Shown one piece after another: positions 1 to 9,806 of a stretch of DNA of 64,000 nt. Below the pieces are notes generated by a model, which saw only the letters and a program-made list of their open reading frames with translations, did not search any database and was not told where the DNA came from. This DNA comes from an uncultured Verrucomicrobiae bacterium (GTDB taxonomy: Bacteria > Verrucomicrobiota > Verrucomicrobiia > Chthoniobacterales > Terrimicrobiaceae): assembly GCA_963706955.1 (NCBI GenBank), contig CAVPOC010000003.1, forward strand, positions 480,001 through 544,000, read 5' to 3'. Numbering within the stretch: the stretch's first letter is position 1; each line of letters opens with the position of its first letter. A program made the translations under genes and the position numbers.

Positions 1-2444
1 AACGAATAAGACTTTACGGCGTCAACCAGCTCTGAGATGCGCTCGGTCGAATGCGTGATGGACTTGAGCAAGTCGCGCGTAGTGATGTTCGCCGTCAGCC
101 AGCGGAGGGCATTCATGAGGTCCTGCGGCGGCACTGTTCGTTTCAGCGTCTGGAGCTCATCTTCACCAATGCGAGCGTTTACAAGCACCGGAGCCAGCTC
201 CCAGGCGTCCTCGACATTTTGAGCGTTGAGCCAGTTTTCGACGGCCTCTTCCCGGTCGCTCTGTTCAAGAGGATTCAATTTTGGCTGAGTCTCGTTGCAG
301 TGCACGGCGTCCTGGGCCGCGGCAACCAACTGCAGCCACTGCTCCGCGCTGAGCGTCTGATCGAGCTCACAGGCAAAGTCCTGGACCTGTTCCACATTCT
401 CGCGGAGGTTGCGCGCGGCGTTGTGCGCGGCGGTGGCCGGATTATTCAGCTCGTGGGCAAGGCCTGCGGCCATCGCGCCGAGTTGCGCAAGTTTTTCCCG
501 CTCCTGTGTATACCCCTCCATATTGCGTAAACGCGTGGCCAGAGTTCGCATGATCTCCCGTGCGACCTGCGGCGCTGTGCGAAGCAAATCCCAAAATCCC
601 GCCCGCGGAAGGCTGAAAATGCGCCCGTCGCTGATCGCTCGAATGCGCACAACGTGTGAGATGTCGAGCAGGATTTGGATCTCGCCGAAGAACTCACCCG
701 GTTCCAACACCCCAAGAAAAATCTCCTGATTGTCGAAAAACTTCGTCACCCGCAGCTCGCCTTCAAGCATGACATGAAAATAGTGCGAGGCGTCGCCTTC
801 GCTAATGACGGTGTCACCGGTCTTGAATCGCATCTCTTGTCCCGTCGAAAAGCAGGCACGTTCTACGCTGCCCAGCGTCGCAAAGAGGGGGATGTCGAAG
901 ACGGTGGCGAAGGCGCCGTCTGCAACAGGCACCGCTGGTGAAGAAGCGGCCGGACCGATCTCTTCAAAGCGTTCGGCAAGCTCTGCCATAACAACGCGAT
1001 TGGCCGCGAGCGCCTCAGGGGCATCGTTTCGCTCAATCCGATGGACCGGCAATCGCACGATGAAGCGTGTCTCCCCCGGCTTGGACTCGACCTCGATTTC
1101 CCCGCCGTGGCGGTCTCCAACAATTCCCTGGCTGATTGTCAGGCCGAGACCCTTCCCCGAGCCAACACCCTTGGTCGTGAAAAATGGCTCGAAAATCCGC
1201 GAGATATTTTTCGGCGCGACGCCTGGTCCGTTGTCGACTATCTCGACAACGGTTTGGTTGTCTTCACGGTGCGAGCGGATGGAGATCTCACCGCTGCTGC
1301 CGATCGCATCGATCGCATTGTCGAGAAGGTTGACCCAGACTTGCGCCAACTCGCTCGGGTAACCGCGCACCTTCCAGCCCTCGGTCGAAAAGTGCTGGGT
1401 GACATGAATATTTTTCAGCTTCGACTCGAGCAATGAGAGAGCGCTCCTGATTTGCTCAGGAACGTCGATATCGGCCGTTTCGGCGCGTTCCTGGCGGGCG
1501 CTGGAGCGCACCGCATCGACCAAGCTCGCGATTCGTCCGGTAGATTGCTCCGCGTCATCGAGCAGGGACCGGATCGTCAACCGCAGTGCTATCCATCGGA
1601 TGGCGTTGCCGAAAGCGCCCGGCGGAAGCTCGACGCGCAGCGAAGCGAGCTTGCCAGATTCCACTCCGGCGCCGACGAGGATCGGCGCGATCTTCCAGGC
1701 GTTGGGGACGCCATTTTCCTTCAGCCAGGCGCCGAGCACATCCTCGGAGTCGCTCTGCTCGATCGAGTGATTGGAGCCGGTGGCCGCAGGGCTCTTCAAA
1801 GCATCATCGGCGAGCTTGATCAAGCGGTCCCAATGATCTCCCTCGAGTGTTTGATGAAGCTCATGAGCGACGGCTTGAATCGTCTGGATGAGCTCTCCCA
1901 GATAAACAGCAACGCGCTGCGCGGCGGCGGCCGGATTGTTTAGTTCATGTGCCAAACCTGCGGACATGCGTCCAAGGGAAGCGAGTTTTTCCTGTTGACG
2001 GTTAGATCCCTCCAGGTTCCGCAGCCGCACTGCCATCGCTCGAAAAATTTCGCCGGCAATCGAGGGGCACAACCGCAGCAAGCCCCAAAAGCCCTCCGCG
2101 GGAAAAACGATGAGCCTTGAGTCCACTTCGGCGCGCGCAGTCAGGATGTAGGGGACATCGAGCAATAGGGGCACTTCCCCGAAAAATGCGCCCGGGCGAT
2201 AGCGGGCGACAACAACGCGTTGGTCGCCGTACATTTTCGAGACGCTGACCTCGCCTTCCAAGAGAACGAAAAAGCGCGTCGCAGGCGCGCCTTCCTCGAT
2301 CAAGATTTCGCCGGCTACCAGCCTCCGTTCTTCGGCACGCCCAATGCAGGCTCGATCCGCGTCCTGAAGATCGGAAAAGAGGGGAATGCTGCGGAGCTGA
2401 TCGAGCAACAGATCAGAATCGGTAGCGGGTGTGGTCGCGCTCAA
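1..2444 (-). CDS. Tandem (cNMP-binding + HisKA + HATPase) sensor histidine kinase; 3' end runs off the window
   Basis: Translated by hand from TTG at 2444, which overlaps the upstream TGA (MSATTPATDSDLLLDQLRSIPLFSDL). Contains a cNMP motif GAFFGEVPLL, H-box GLAHELNNP (~1948), G2 box GKGLGLTIS (~1150), then a second cNMP motif GEFFGEIQIL and a second H-box GLAHELNNP (~454). The frame is the same at 2444, at the 960-1140 junction and at position 1. It is absent from the ORF track, consistent with no stop codon in the window. Confidence 0.85.
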   Translation of the reverse strand, partial: MSATTPATDSDLLLDQLRSIPLFSDLQDADRACIGRAEERRLVAGEILIEEGAPATRFFVLLEGEVSVSKMYGDQRVVVARYRPGAFFGEVPLLLDVPYILTARAEVDSRLIVFPAEGFWGLLRLCPSIAGEIFRAMAVRLRNLEGSNRQQEKLASLGRMSAGLAHELNNPAAAAQRVAVYLGELIQTIQAVAHELHQTLEGDHWDRLIKLADDALKSPAATGSNHSIEQSDSEDVLGAWLKENGVPNAWKIAPILVGAGVESGKLASLRVELPPGAFGNAIRWIALRLTIRSLLDDAEQSTGRIASLVDAVRSSARQERAETADIDVPEQIRSALSLLESKLKNIHVTQHFSTEGWKVRGYPSELAQVWVNLLDNAIDAIGSSGEISIRSHREDNQTVVEIVDNGPGVAPKNISRIFEPFFTTKGVGSGKGLGLTISQGIVGDRHGGEIEVESKPGETRFIVRLPVHRIERNDAPEALAANRVVMAELAERFEEIGPAASSPAVPVADGAFATVFDIPLFATLGSVERACFSTGQEMRFKTGDTVISEGDASHYFHVMLEGELRVTKFFDNQEIFLGVLEPGEFFGEIQILLDISHVVRIRAISDGRIFSLPRAGFWDLLRTAPQVAREIMRTLATRLRNMEGYTQEREKLAQLGAMAAGLAHELNNPATAAHNAARNLRENVEQVQDFACELDQTLSAEQWLQLVAAAQDAVHCNETQPKLNPLEQSDREEAVENWLNAQNVEDAWELAPVLVNARIGEDELQTLKRTVPPQDLMNALRWLTANITTRDLLKSITHSTERISELVDAVKSYS

Positions 2445-4099
2445 AATCGGTTCAAGTATTGATGGATCAGTTCGATGGCGATCGATCCTTCGCCGACGGC
2501 GGAGGCCACCCGTTTGATCGAGCCGTGGCGCACGTCGCCGGCGACAAAGATTCCGGGAACGTTCGTCTCGAGCAGGAACGGATCTCGCTGGAGAGTCCAG
2601 TTCCGCGGGCGTCGTCCATGGATGGTCAGGTCAGGACCGGATAGGATGAAGCCATACTGGTCGCACTCGATCAAATCCGCGATCGCACTGGTATGAGGCA
2701 TGGCGCCAATGAAGATGAACAGCGCAATCGCCGGAACCCCCTTCACGTCGCCAGTTTCGTCATTGGCGATCGTGATCTCGTCGAGTCTGCCGTTTCCTTT
2801 TGCTTCGACGACGCGCGAGCGAGACTGCACCGCTATGTTCGGAGTTCTTGCGATCTGATCGATCAGGTACTGCGACATCGTCTTGGCGAGCGACTCACCG
2901 CGGACGATCATGGTAACGCGTTTGGCAAATCGCGAGAGATACATCGCCGCCTGTCCCGCAGAATTGCCGGCGCCAACGATGTAAGCATCCTCGTTGGTGC
3001 ACGAGATCGCTTCCGTGGCGGCTGCACCATAATAGACGCCGGCACCAGTCAACTTGTCGACTCCAGGGATCTCGAGGCGTCGATAGGAAACGCCAGTCGC
3101 GATCAGGAGCGCCTGGCAACTGATTTCACTGCCATCGCTTAGCGTGATCACCCGATAAGGACCATTCAGGCGAATTTTGGTTGCGTGTTGCGGGGTTAGA
3201 ATTTCGGCGCCGAATCGTCGGGCCTGCGCGACCGCACGACGCGCAAGATCGCCACCACTCAGCCCGGAGGGGAATCCGAGATAGTTCTCAATGCGCGAAC
3301 TCGATCCAGCCTGCCCTCCCGGCGCTTCCCGCTCGATCATCACCGTGGTGAGTCCTTCCGAAGCTCCGTAAACTGCCGCTGCCAGCCCCGCCGGCCCCGC
3401 GCCGACGATTCCGAGGTCGTACGATGGCATGAGCGCGCGTGTCTTAAGACCGACCTTCTTCGCCACCAATTCCGCCGTCGGCTCTCTCACCCGTGAACCG
3501 TCCGGGAAGAGGACGAGCGGAAGGTTCTTCCCATCTCCCGCTTGCTCATCGAGCTTGCGAGCTTCAGGGTCAATTTCGACGTCCAGCCATTGGAAGGGGA
3601 TCTGATTTCTGGCGAGGAAATCCTTGACCGCATGTGCCTGGGGCGACCACTTCAGCCCAACCACGCGGACGCCCTCAAAGGGAGGATGAAACGTCGCCAG
3701 CCAATCTGCAAGCAGGTCGTCGAGGACCGGGTAGAGCCGCTCTTCAGGCGGGTCCCACGGCTTCATCAGATAGTAGTCGATTTGAACTGAGTTGATGGCG
3801 TTGATGGCCGCGTCCGTGTCGGCGTAGGCGGTGAGCAAGGCACGCTTCACGCTGGGAAAGTCTTTCAGTGCCTCTGCCAGAAACTCGACGCCCGACATCC
3901 GTGGCATTCGCTGATCGACCAGAAAGAGCGCCAGCGCTTCATTGCGCAGCTTGAGCTGTTTCACGAGCTCGAGGGCCGTCGGACCCGAGTCCGCTCGCAT
4001 CACCCGAAATCTTTCCCCGTATTGCCGACGCAAATCCCGCTCAACGGCGCGGAGAACATCTACGTCGTCGTCAACTGTCAGAATTACCGGCTTCTTCAT
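2441..4099 (-). CDS. Response-regulator receiver fused to thioredoxin-reductase-like FAD oxidoreductase
   Basis: N-terminal receiver (ILTVDDD, FLVDQRMP, MKPW), then GAGPAG FAD motif, GAGNSAG NAD(P) motif and C-terminal GIFVAGDVR. Confidence 0.9.
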   Translation of the reverse strand: MKKPVILTVDDDVDVLRAVERDLRRQYGERFRVMRADSGPTALELVKQLKLRNEALALFLVDQRMPRMSGVEFLAEALKDFPSVKRALLTAYADTDAAINAINSVQIDYYLMKPWDPPEERLYPVLDDLLADWLATFHPPFEGVRVVGLKWSPQAHAVKDFLARNQIPFQWLDVEIDPEARKLDEQAGDGKNLPLVLFPDGSRVREPTAELVAKKVGLKTRALMPSYDLGIVGAGPAGLAAAVYGASEGLTTVMIEREAPGGQAGSSSRIENYLGFPSGLSGGDLARRAVAQARRFGAEILTPQHATKIRLNGPYRVITLSDGSEISCQALLIATGVSYRRLEIPGVDKLTGAGVYYGAAATEAISCTNEDAYIVGAGNSAGQAAMYLSRFAKRVTMIVRGESLAKTMSQYLIDQIARTPNIAVQSRSRVVEAKGNGRLDEITIANDETGDVKGVPAIALFIFIGAMPHTSAIADLIECDQYGFILSGPDLTIHGRRPRNWTLQRDPFLLETNVPGIFVAGDVRHGSIKRVASAVGEGSIAIELIHQYLNRF

Positions 4100-4255
4100 T
4101 CTTTCTCGAGCGACAACCGGGCCTTCGCTTCGATCAACGGCGGAGTTTCATCCTCCAAGGCTGGAGGTTGCGTCCGGTTGTCCGAAAACCGAAAGTAGTT
4201 TGGTAGCCATTCAACGTAGTCGCCCTCATCCGCCGCGCTAGTGAAGGTCATCTCG

Positions 4256-5647
4256 TCAAAGATTGATCGCGGTGCCATGGGCGGCGTGGACAGCTTCGAA
4301 GACCGCTTCGCTGAGGGTGGGATGCGCGTGAATGGTCGCGGAGATTTCGTCGTAAGTCAGCTCCGAGGCAATGGCGAGACCGAGTTCAGCGATCATTTCT
4401 GTCGCGTCGGGTCCAATGATGTGCGCTCCGAGGATTTCGCCGTGCGGTTCGCCGACAATCACCTTAACGAAGCCTTCGCTTTCACCAATGGCCCGAGCCT
4501 TGCCGCTGGCGATGAACGGCATCTTGCCAACCTTGAACTTCAGGCCTTTCTCCTTCGCAGCCCGTTCAGTAAGCCCCACGCTGGCGACTTGTGGGTGACA
4601 ATAGGTGCAACCCGGAAAAACTGTCACTTTCTTCGGCTGGTGGCCGGGAACAAAAAGTCCCTCGACAGTTTGGATGGCCTCGAAACTGGCTACGTGCGCA
4701 AGCCACGGCGGGCCGATGATGTCCCCCGCCGCGTAAACGCCGGGAACTGTGGTCTCATAGCGTTCGTTGACCTTGATGAATCCCTTCTCATCCAGGCCGA
4801 TCTTGAGCGATCCTGCGGGCAAGACAGGAGCAACTCCGATGGCCACCAACGCGATCTCTGCATCGAGAGTTTTTTCGGAGCCTTTGGAGTCGGCAACGGT
4901 GATCTTGACGCCCTGGTCGTTCGCCTCCGTTTTGGTTGTCTTATGACTGGTGAGCAGTTGGATGCCCTGCTTTGAAAGGGACTTTTCGAGCGCTTGTGAT
5001 ACCTCGGTGTCCTCGATTGGGAGGATGTTCGGCAGCATTTCGACAACGGTCACTTTTGTGCCGAAGGCGTTGAAGATGTAGGCGAACTCTATGCCGATGG
5101 CTCCGGCGCCGATAATGATGATGGATTTGGGAAGTTGTTCGAGAGCGACGGCTTCCTTTGAGCCAATAACTCTCTTGCCGTCAAATGTCAGCCCTGGCAA
5201 GGGTCGCGAGACACACCCGGTGGTAATCAGAATGTTCTTCGCGGAGTGTGTTTCCTCTTTTCCATCAGCTGCGTGCACCTTCACTTCTCCAGGCTTGTCT
5301 AGAGACGCCTCACCGCGCAGCGGATCGATCTTGTTCTTCTTGAAAAGGAAGTCAACGCCTGCAGACCCCTTTAAGCTGATGTCTCGAGAACGCTTGACGA
5401 TCTTGCTCCAGTCAAAATTCAGTCCATTGAACGCGAAGCCGAATTCCGCCGCGCGGTCTTTCATGTCATGATAAAGCTCTGCGTTTTTCAGGAGTGCCTT
5501 TGTCGGAATGCAACCCCAGTTGTTGCAGGTGCCGCCGTAGCGTTCCCGGTCCACGCAGGCAACCTTCTTGCCAAGCTGTGCCGCGCGGATGGCGCCTTCG
5601 TAGCCGGCCGGACCGGCTCCAATAACAATCAAGTCGTAATTTGCCAT
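4256..5647 (-). CDS. lpdA: Dihydrolipoyl dehydrogenase
   Basis: GAGPAG motif, redox-active GGTCNNWGCIP and C-terminal HAHPTLSE. Start placed at ATG 5647 (MANYDLIVIG). Confidence 0.95.
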   Translation of the reverse strand: MANYDLIVIGAGPAGYEGAIRAAQLGKKVACVDRERYGGTCNNWGCIPTKALLKNAELYHDMKDRAAEFGFAFNGLNFDWSKIVKRSRDISLKGSAGVDFLFKKNKIDPLRGEASLDKPGEVKVHAADGKEETHSAKNILITTGCVSRPLPGLTFDGKRVIGSKEAVALEQLPKSIIIIGAGAIGIEFAYIFNAFGTKVTVVEMLPNILPIEDTEVSQALEKSLSKQGIQLLTSHKTTKTEANDQGVKITVADSKGSEKTLDAEIALVAIGVAPVLPAGSLKIGLDEKGFIKVNERYETTVPGVYAAGDIIGPPWLAHVASFEAIQTVEGLFVPGHQPKKVTVFPGCTYCHPQVASVGLTERAAKEKGLKFKVGKMPFIASGKARAIGESEGFVKVIVGEPHGEILGAHIIGPDATEMIAELGLAIASELTYDEISATIHAHPTLSEAVFEAVHAAHGTAINL

Positions 5648-5840
5648 ATGAAGAAGAGTCTGGTTCGCCAGTAAGGCACCGGCGAGTAGAAACAATTTTG
5701 TGAGATGATGTGTAAGCTCTAAGTGCAAGATCATCACCCACGAACTGGACTGGAGCAACGGTCTTGTTTCAGTGCGGGCTACGCGAGCTTCCCCGCCGAA
5801 CGGTATTCTCCTTAGAGACTGTCGTCCTCGACATGTTTTC

Positions 5841-5947
5841 GGGGAGCGCACGCGTCACCGCGTCACCGCGTGCCATTTCCGGCGTTTCGCCGGAAGCCCT
5901 GTTCGGCGAGACGCCGAACACCACACGCGAGGACGCGTATGCTCCCC
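5841..5947. repeat. REP/REPIN-like palindromic element, family A (GGGGAGCA... ends)
   Basis: ggggagcgcacgcgtc...gacgcgtatgctcccc inverted ends with internal hairpins; related copies at 13406, 26925, 57116 and 63835. Confidence 0.8.
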
Positions 5948-6052
5948 AGACTATTGTCGTCCGAGATTGAGCTCCTCTGTTTTACCTTGGACAAGCGCGA
6001 TGTGGCCGCGTGTTCCTGAGCAATTGAAAACTGCGAGCTGCCTCTGCGCCAG

Positions 6053-7571
6053 CTACTGTCTCCATTCGAGCGGCGTATTTGAAGGCAGTAGCCGGACTGC
6101 CCGAGCGATATCCCAATTGGTCAAGCGCAAACCGCCGATGCTCTCCAGTGTGTTCATTTGCTCGGGAATGCTTGTGCCGTGCAGACCGTAGGGGAGCGGG
6201 TCGGGACTGTCGGATTTTGCGAGGTCGATCCAGATGATACCGATTGGGTTTCTCGGACCTGCGGCGAGAAACTGCTCCGACGCAAGCTTCGGCTTGGTTG
6301 GTGTCGGCGTTGGCGTCGGCGTCGAGCTTCCAAAAAGGGGACCAGGTTTCTTGGAGACTTCCCTCCATGCCTCCTGACGGGTTGCCAGGCGCGGACGCGG
6401 AATCGCGCTGCGAATCGTCCAGGTGCCCCGCCCACGCAAACCAGGACGCGCTATCGACAAGGGAAAGACCGCTACAAGCGTGCCCTTACGGTAGATATTC
6501 AGCTGCGAGAGCCCTTCAATGGCAGCGGTGATGGGATTCTCTGGATCGGCTTGCGGCTGCAGCGGCTCCTCCAATGCTTTCTCGATTTCAAACGGAACTA
6601 CGTTAGGAACTCGAAACTGGGCGCCGATCCCTGGAACAGCTGGCAGACCGCTGTTAAGTGCTCGCAGATACGCCTCGCTGCAATGAAACCGCTCCGCGAC
6701 GAATTCCCACGGACTGCGATACGCCAGCATCGGACTCGCAATAAGCCGCTCATAGGCGGGGGAAGATTTGCCCACGACCGGAGAGCCGGAAGCCCGGCCG
6801 CTCGCCGGCGCTGCCTCTGGACCGTGATGCTCGCCCGGAAACGGCCGTCTCCGCTCGTGGCGGCGAGATGAATCGGAAGTCCTCTCGTTTAAGTTCGTAG
6901 GGGACAAAGACCTCGCTAATGGCCGCCTGTGCCTTCTCCGCTAAGGCGGCATCATCCTTAGCGTCAGCATGATTGCTCTGATAAAGGAATTTAACTTTGC
7001 CGAATGTCGCGGTCGGTTTACCGGTGATTGGACCAGACGAAAACTGCTCGCGATCAAGGAGAATCTGAAGCCGGACATGATTCAATTCCACTTCGGTCTC
7101 CTGACGCGCCGGCTTGGTGGCTTTGCCCTTCGGCGCCGAGATCTCAGCTGTGGCAGGTGACGGCTGCGCACGAGGCGCCGGGGGAGGAATTTTCAAGGTT
7201 TCGCCTGCGCGAATCAGATTGCTCCTTAACCCGTTGGCCTGCTTGATCTGATCCACGGTCACTCCAAACCTCTTCCCGATGAGGAAGAGTGCGTCGCCAC
7301 GCTGCACCTCATAAAGCGCAAATTGACCTTCAGTCGGCGTGGCTGCCGGCGTCGGTGTGGCCTGCGCCAAATGCGTTAAATCGGGCAGTTCAAGTCCCCA
7401 ATTCTTCGGATCCGACGGGACGACACGCCACTTCCAATCAACGGCAGTCTCCAATCCCGGCTCGACTCGTAGGGCCGCTCCTGTTTTGGAAGCAGCTGTC
7501 TGTCCTGAAGCATTCGCGCCGAGAGCTGCTGCCGCAGTCAGAATCAAGACGCACCTTGCCAGCGGACACAT
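6053..7571 (-). CDS. LysM + L,D-transpeptidase (YkuD)-like exported protein, frameshifted near 6840
   Basis: Signal peptide and LysM (YEVQRGDALFLIGKRFGVTVDQIKQANGL) in ORF 6750-7571; YkuD-like GPRNPIGIIWIDL...YGLHGT in ORF 6053-6907. Confidence 0.8.
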
Positions 7572-7690
7572 AAACTAAGAATTAGCCTCTTTGGGTCCCG
7601 GCGCAAAGCGCCAACATTCTTGCGCAAAATCGGAAGGTCGTCACTCAACGGAGGTGACAAGCGGCCTATTTCCGGGAGAAAATTTCGCGC

Positions 7691-8101
7691 ATGAAGCTAG
7701 TTGGGATCCTCTCACTGGTATTGATCGGCGCCGTATTAGCGGGATGCAATCTGAAGGAAAAGTACGCCCGCAACAACCTCGCAGCCGATCAATGGCTGCA
7801 AGCGAACATCGGCTCAAGTGGTCTGAACGTTACGGGAGCGTGGGAGGCAGAGGAATCCGGGTGGGGAGACGTCCGCTTTGAGCAAAGTGGGTCGCAGGTG
7901 AACGGCGCCATGGGAAATTATTCCGCGCGAGGAGTTGTTCGTGGTCCACGACTATTCCTGGCCTTGAGTTCCGGCGGCTACGTTTACTACACCGCTGTTT
8001 TGACAATGAGGGGCGAAACGCTTAGCGGTTTCTATTCTTCATCGGTCCCCTTCGATCCCGCCGACCAGGCAGTGGTTACGCTACGGCGTATCGGTAACTA
8101 G
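7691..8101 (+). CDS. Hypothetical lipoprotein
   Basis: Hydrophobic signal peptide with lipobox LAGC, followed by a beta-rich domain. Confidence 0.75.
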   Translation: MKLVGILSLVLIGAVLAGCNLKEKYARNNLAADQWLQANIGSSGLNVTGAWEAEESGWGDVRFEQSGSQVNGAMGNYSARGVVRGPRLFLALSSGGYVYYTAVLTMRGETLSGFYSSSVPFDPADQAVVTLRRIGN

Positions 8102-8198
8102 TGCCTTGAGCGCCAGCGCAAGCTGAAGCGCGTGGACCTGCTCGGCAGCGCGCGCGTATGCTTCCCAGAATACCCAGACGTCCATTCGTGGGTTTTCC

Positions 8199-9806
8199 TT
8201 ACAAGGTCTTGAGGTGCGCATGAAGGATCCGCTTGATCTCGGTGGCCGCGTCCGGGTGGAGGAAAGTTTCATGCCCAAAAGGGATGATCGTTTCCGATTC
8301 AGCGCCCTCGAGGTGGCTGCTCGCATAGGCCACCACGCCGTCGGTTCCTGTATGCACTGGTCCGGGGATTTTCTGACCAATGATGCTATGAAAGGGAAGT
8401 GCCGGTGGAATCGCCGCCAGGGCCATCAGCGCCGGACTGTTGGCGGAGAGCGTGCGAATTGAGCTAAGCTTTCCTTCCTTGATCAACCTTACGAGAAAAG
8501 GATTAATCTGATCGAGGTGGTTTGCGAGCAGCGAACGAAAAGCCTCCTGCACTTCGCGATCGGCACGATAAAGGCTTTGGCCGAGATTCCCAATCCAGTT
8601 GTCGGCCACCGAACTGCCGCGATGAGGAACAGAAATCAAGATTGCGCGGCGGACGCGCCGTTCGCGTTCGAACAGATAGATGGCATTGAGAACGCTGCTG
8701 GTATTCGCATCGCAAGCAAATACCTCTGGCCGCACTGTGATGACGCTATCCCAAAGTTTGTATTCGGAGTCACAGATCAACGTGTGAGCAAGGATCCCAC
8801 CCATACTATGGCCAAGCACCACAAGATGGTTGGTAGCAAAGTCTCTGCCGGATGGATCAAGCATGCTAAGGGTTTGGCCGAGAATCCGGCGAAAGACTGC
8901 AGCATTGTAGAGCACCGGAGTGCCAGTCCGATAGTGGTAATGCCAAATTTGGTATCGGGCATAAATCTCCCGATCGGCGAAGAGGTCGTTGACGAGATTG
9001 ACAAAAGAAACCGGCGTAGATTGCAGGCCATGCACCATGAGCAAAGGGATGCGGTTCGGATCGTAGCGCTGGATCAGGTAGAGCTTCTCACGTCGCGCAA
9101 TCGCCGAGGGATTCAACATTCCGCGAAATCCAGTTCGACGAAACGCTTCGGCAGTTCGGGCGAGTTTCGCACTGGGCGCAGTGAAGTTTGCCGCCAACGG
9201 ATGGGAACGCGCCCCCACTGACACGCTTTCTCTGGTATAGGGCGAGAGGAAGCGCAGCGTCCAGTGATCGCCCGAGCGCCGCTCAAGAAGAGCAGTCGCC
9301 GGCACGAAAATTCCTTCTGGGGGCCTCAGCATGTCCCACTTCTCGGAGTTATCATTGGGCCGCCAGGCAACCACCGGGACACCAACCCCGGGCCGCCTGT
9401 GAGAACGCATCAATCGAAAAGCAGGCACATGGTGTGCAATGCTGAATCTGTAGAGACCGCTCTCATCAAATTGATCGCTTTCGATCGTCAGTCCGACTTC
9501 GCGGCAAAGGTCGGTCCTCCGGTCTACGGGCAGAGCGTCAAACCATTCAACGAGTCGTGCCACCGACCGGTAGCTTTCCCGAAAGAAACGAGGATTCTCA
9601 GGATGGGCAAGCCACTCAAGGTGCGCAGCCTTTGCCAGCGCCAATGGCGCCTTGCGAACGTGCCACCGCCGCAGGAGGAGAGCGACGGTTCCTGCGAGCG
9701 CTACCGTTGCCAGCGCACACGAGAGTTCGCGGGCAAGTCTCGGTGAGCACGCCTGCCTTGACCACAGACGCGGCCGGCCATTGCCACGCTCGCCGCTCTT
9801 GGTCAC
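8199..9806 (-). CDS. Alpha/beta hydrolase (esterase/lipase-like), N-terminal membrane anchor
   Basis: VHGLQS oxyanion segment, nucleophile elbow GHSMGG, DGVV and C-terminal His. GTG start overlaps the pyc stop. Confidence 0.85.
   Translation of the reverse strand: MTKSGERGNGRPRLWSRQACSPRLARELSCALATVALAGTVALLLRRWHVRKAPLALAKAAHLEWLAHPENPRFFRESYRSVARLVEWFDALPVDRRTDLCREVGLTIESDQFDESGLYRFSIAHHVPAFRLMRSHRRPGVGVPVVAWRPNDNSEKWDMLRPPEGIFVPATALLERRSGDHWTLRFLSPYTRESVSVGARSHPLAANFTAPSAKLARTAEAFRRTGFRGMLNPSAIARREKLYLIQRYDPNRIPLLMVHGLQSTPVSFVNLVNDLFADREIYARYQIWHYHYRTGTPVLYNAAVFRRILGQTLSMLDPSGRDFATNHLVVLGHSMGGILAHTLICDSEYKLWDSVITVRPEVFACDANTSSVLNAIYLFERERRVRRAILISVPHRGSSVADNWIGNLGQSLYRADREVQEAFRSLLANHLDQINPFLVRLIKEGKLSSIRTLSANSPALMALAAIPPALPFHSIIGQKIPGPVHTGTDGVVAYASSHLEGAESETIIPFGHETFLHPDAATEIKRILHAHLKTL

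Noticed and set aside
37..2462. Several plus-strand ORFs in the ORF track
   Set aside because: They are antisense shadows of the minus-strand histidine kinase. The same applies to the long antisense ORFs over pyc, rnr and the ABC genes.
4096..4278. 60-aa ORF bridging lpdA and the receiver-TrxB gene, with an ATGA overlap
   Set aside because: No recognisable motif; the overlap could be chance and cannot be supported without homologs.
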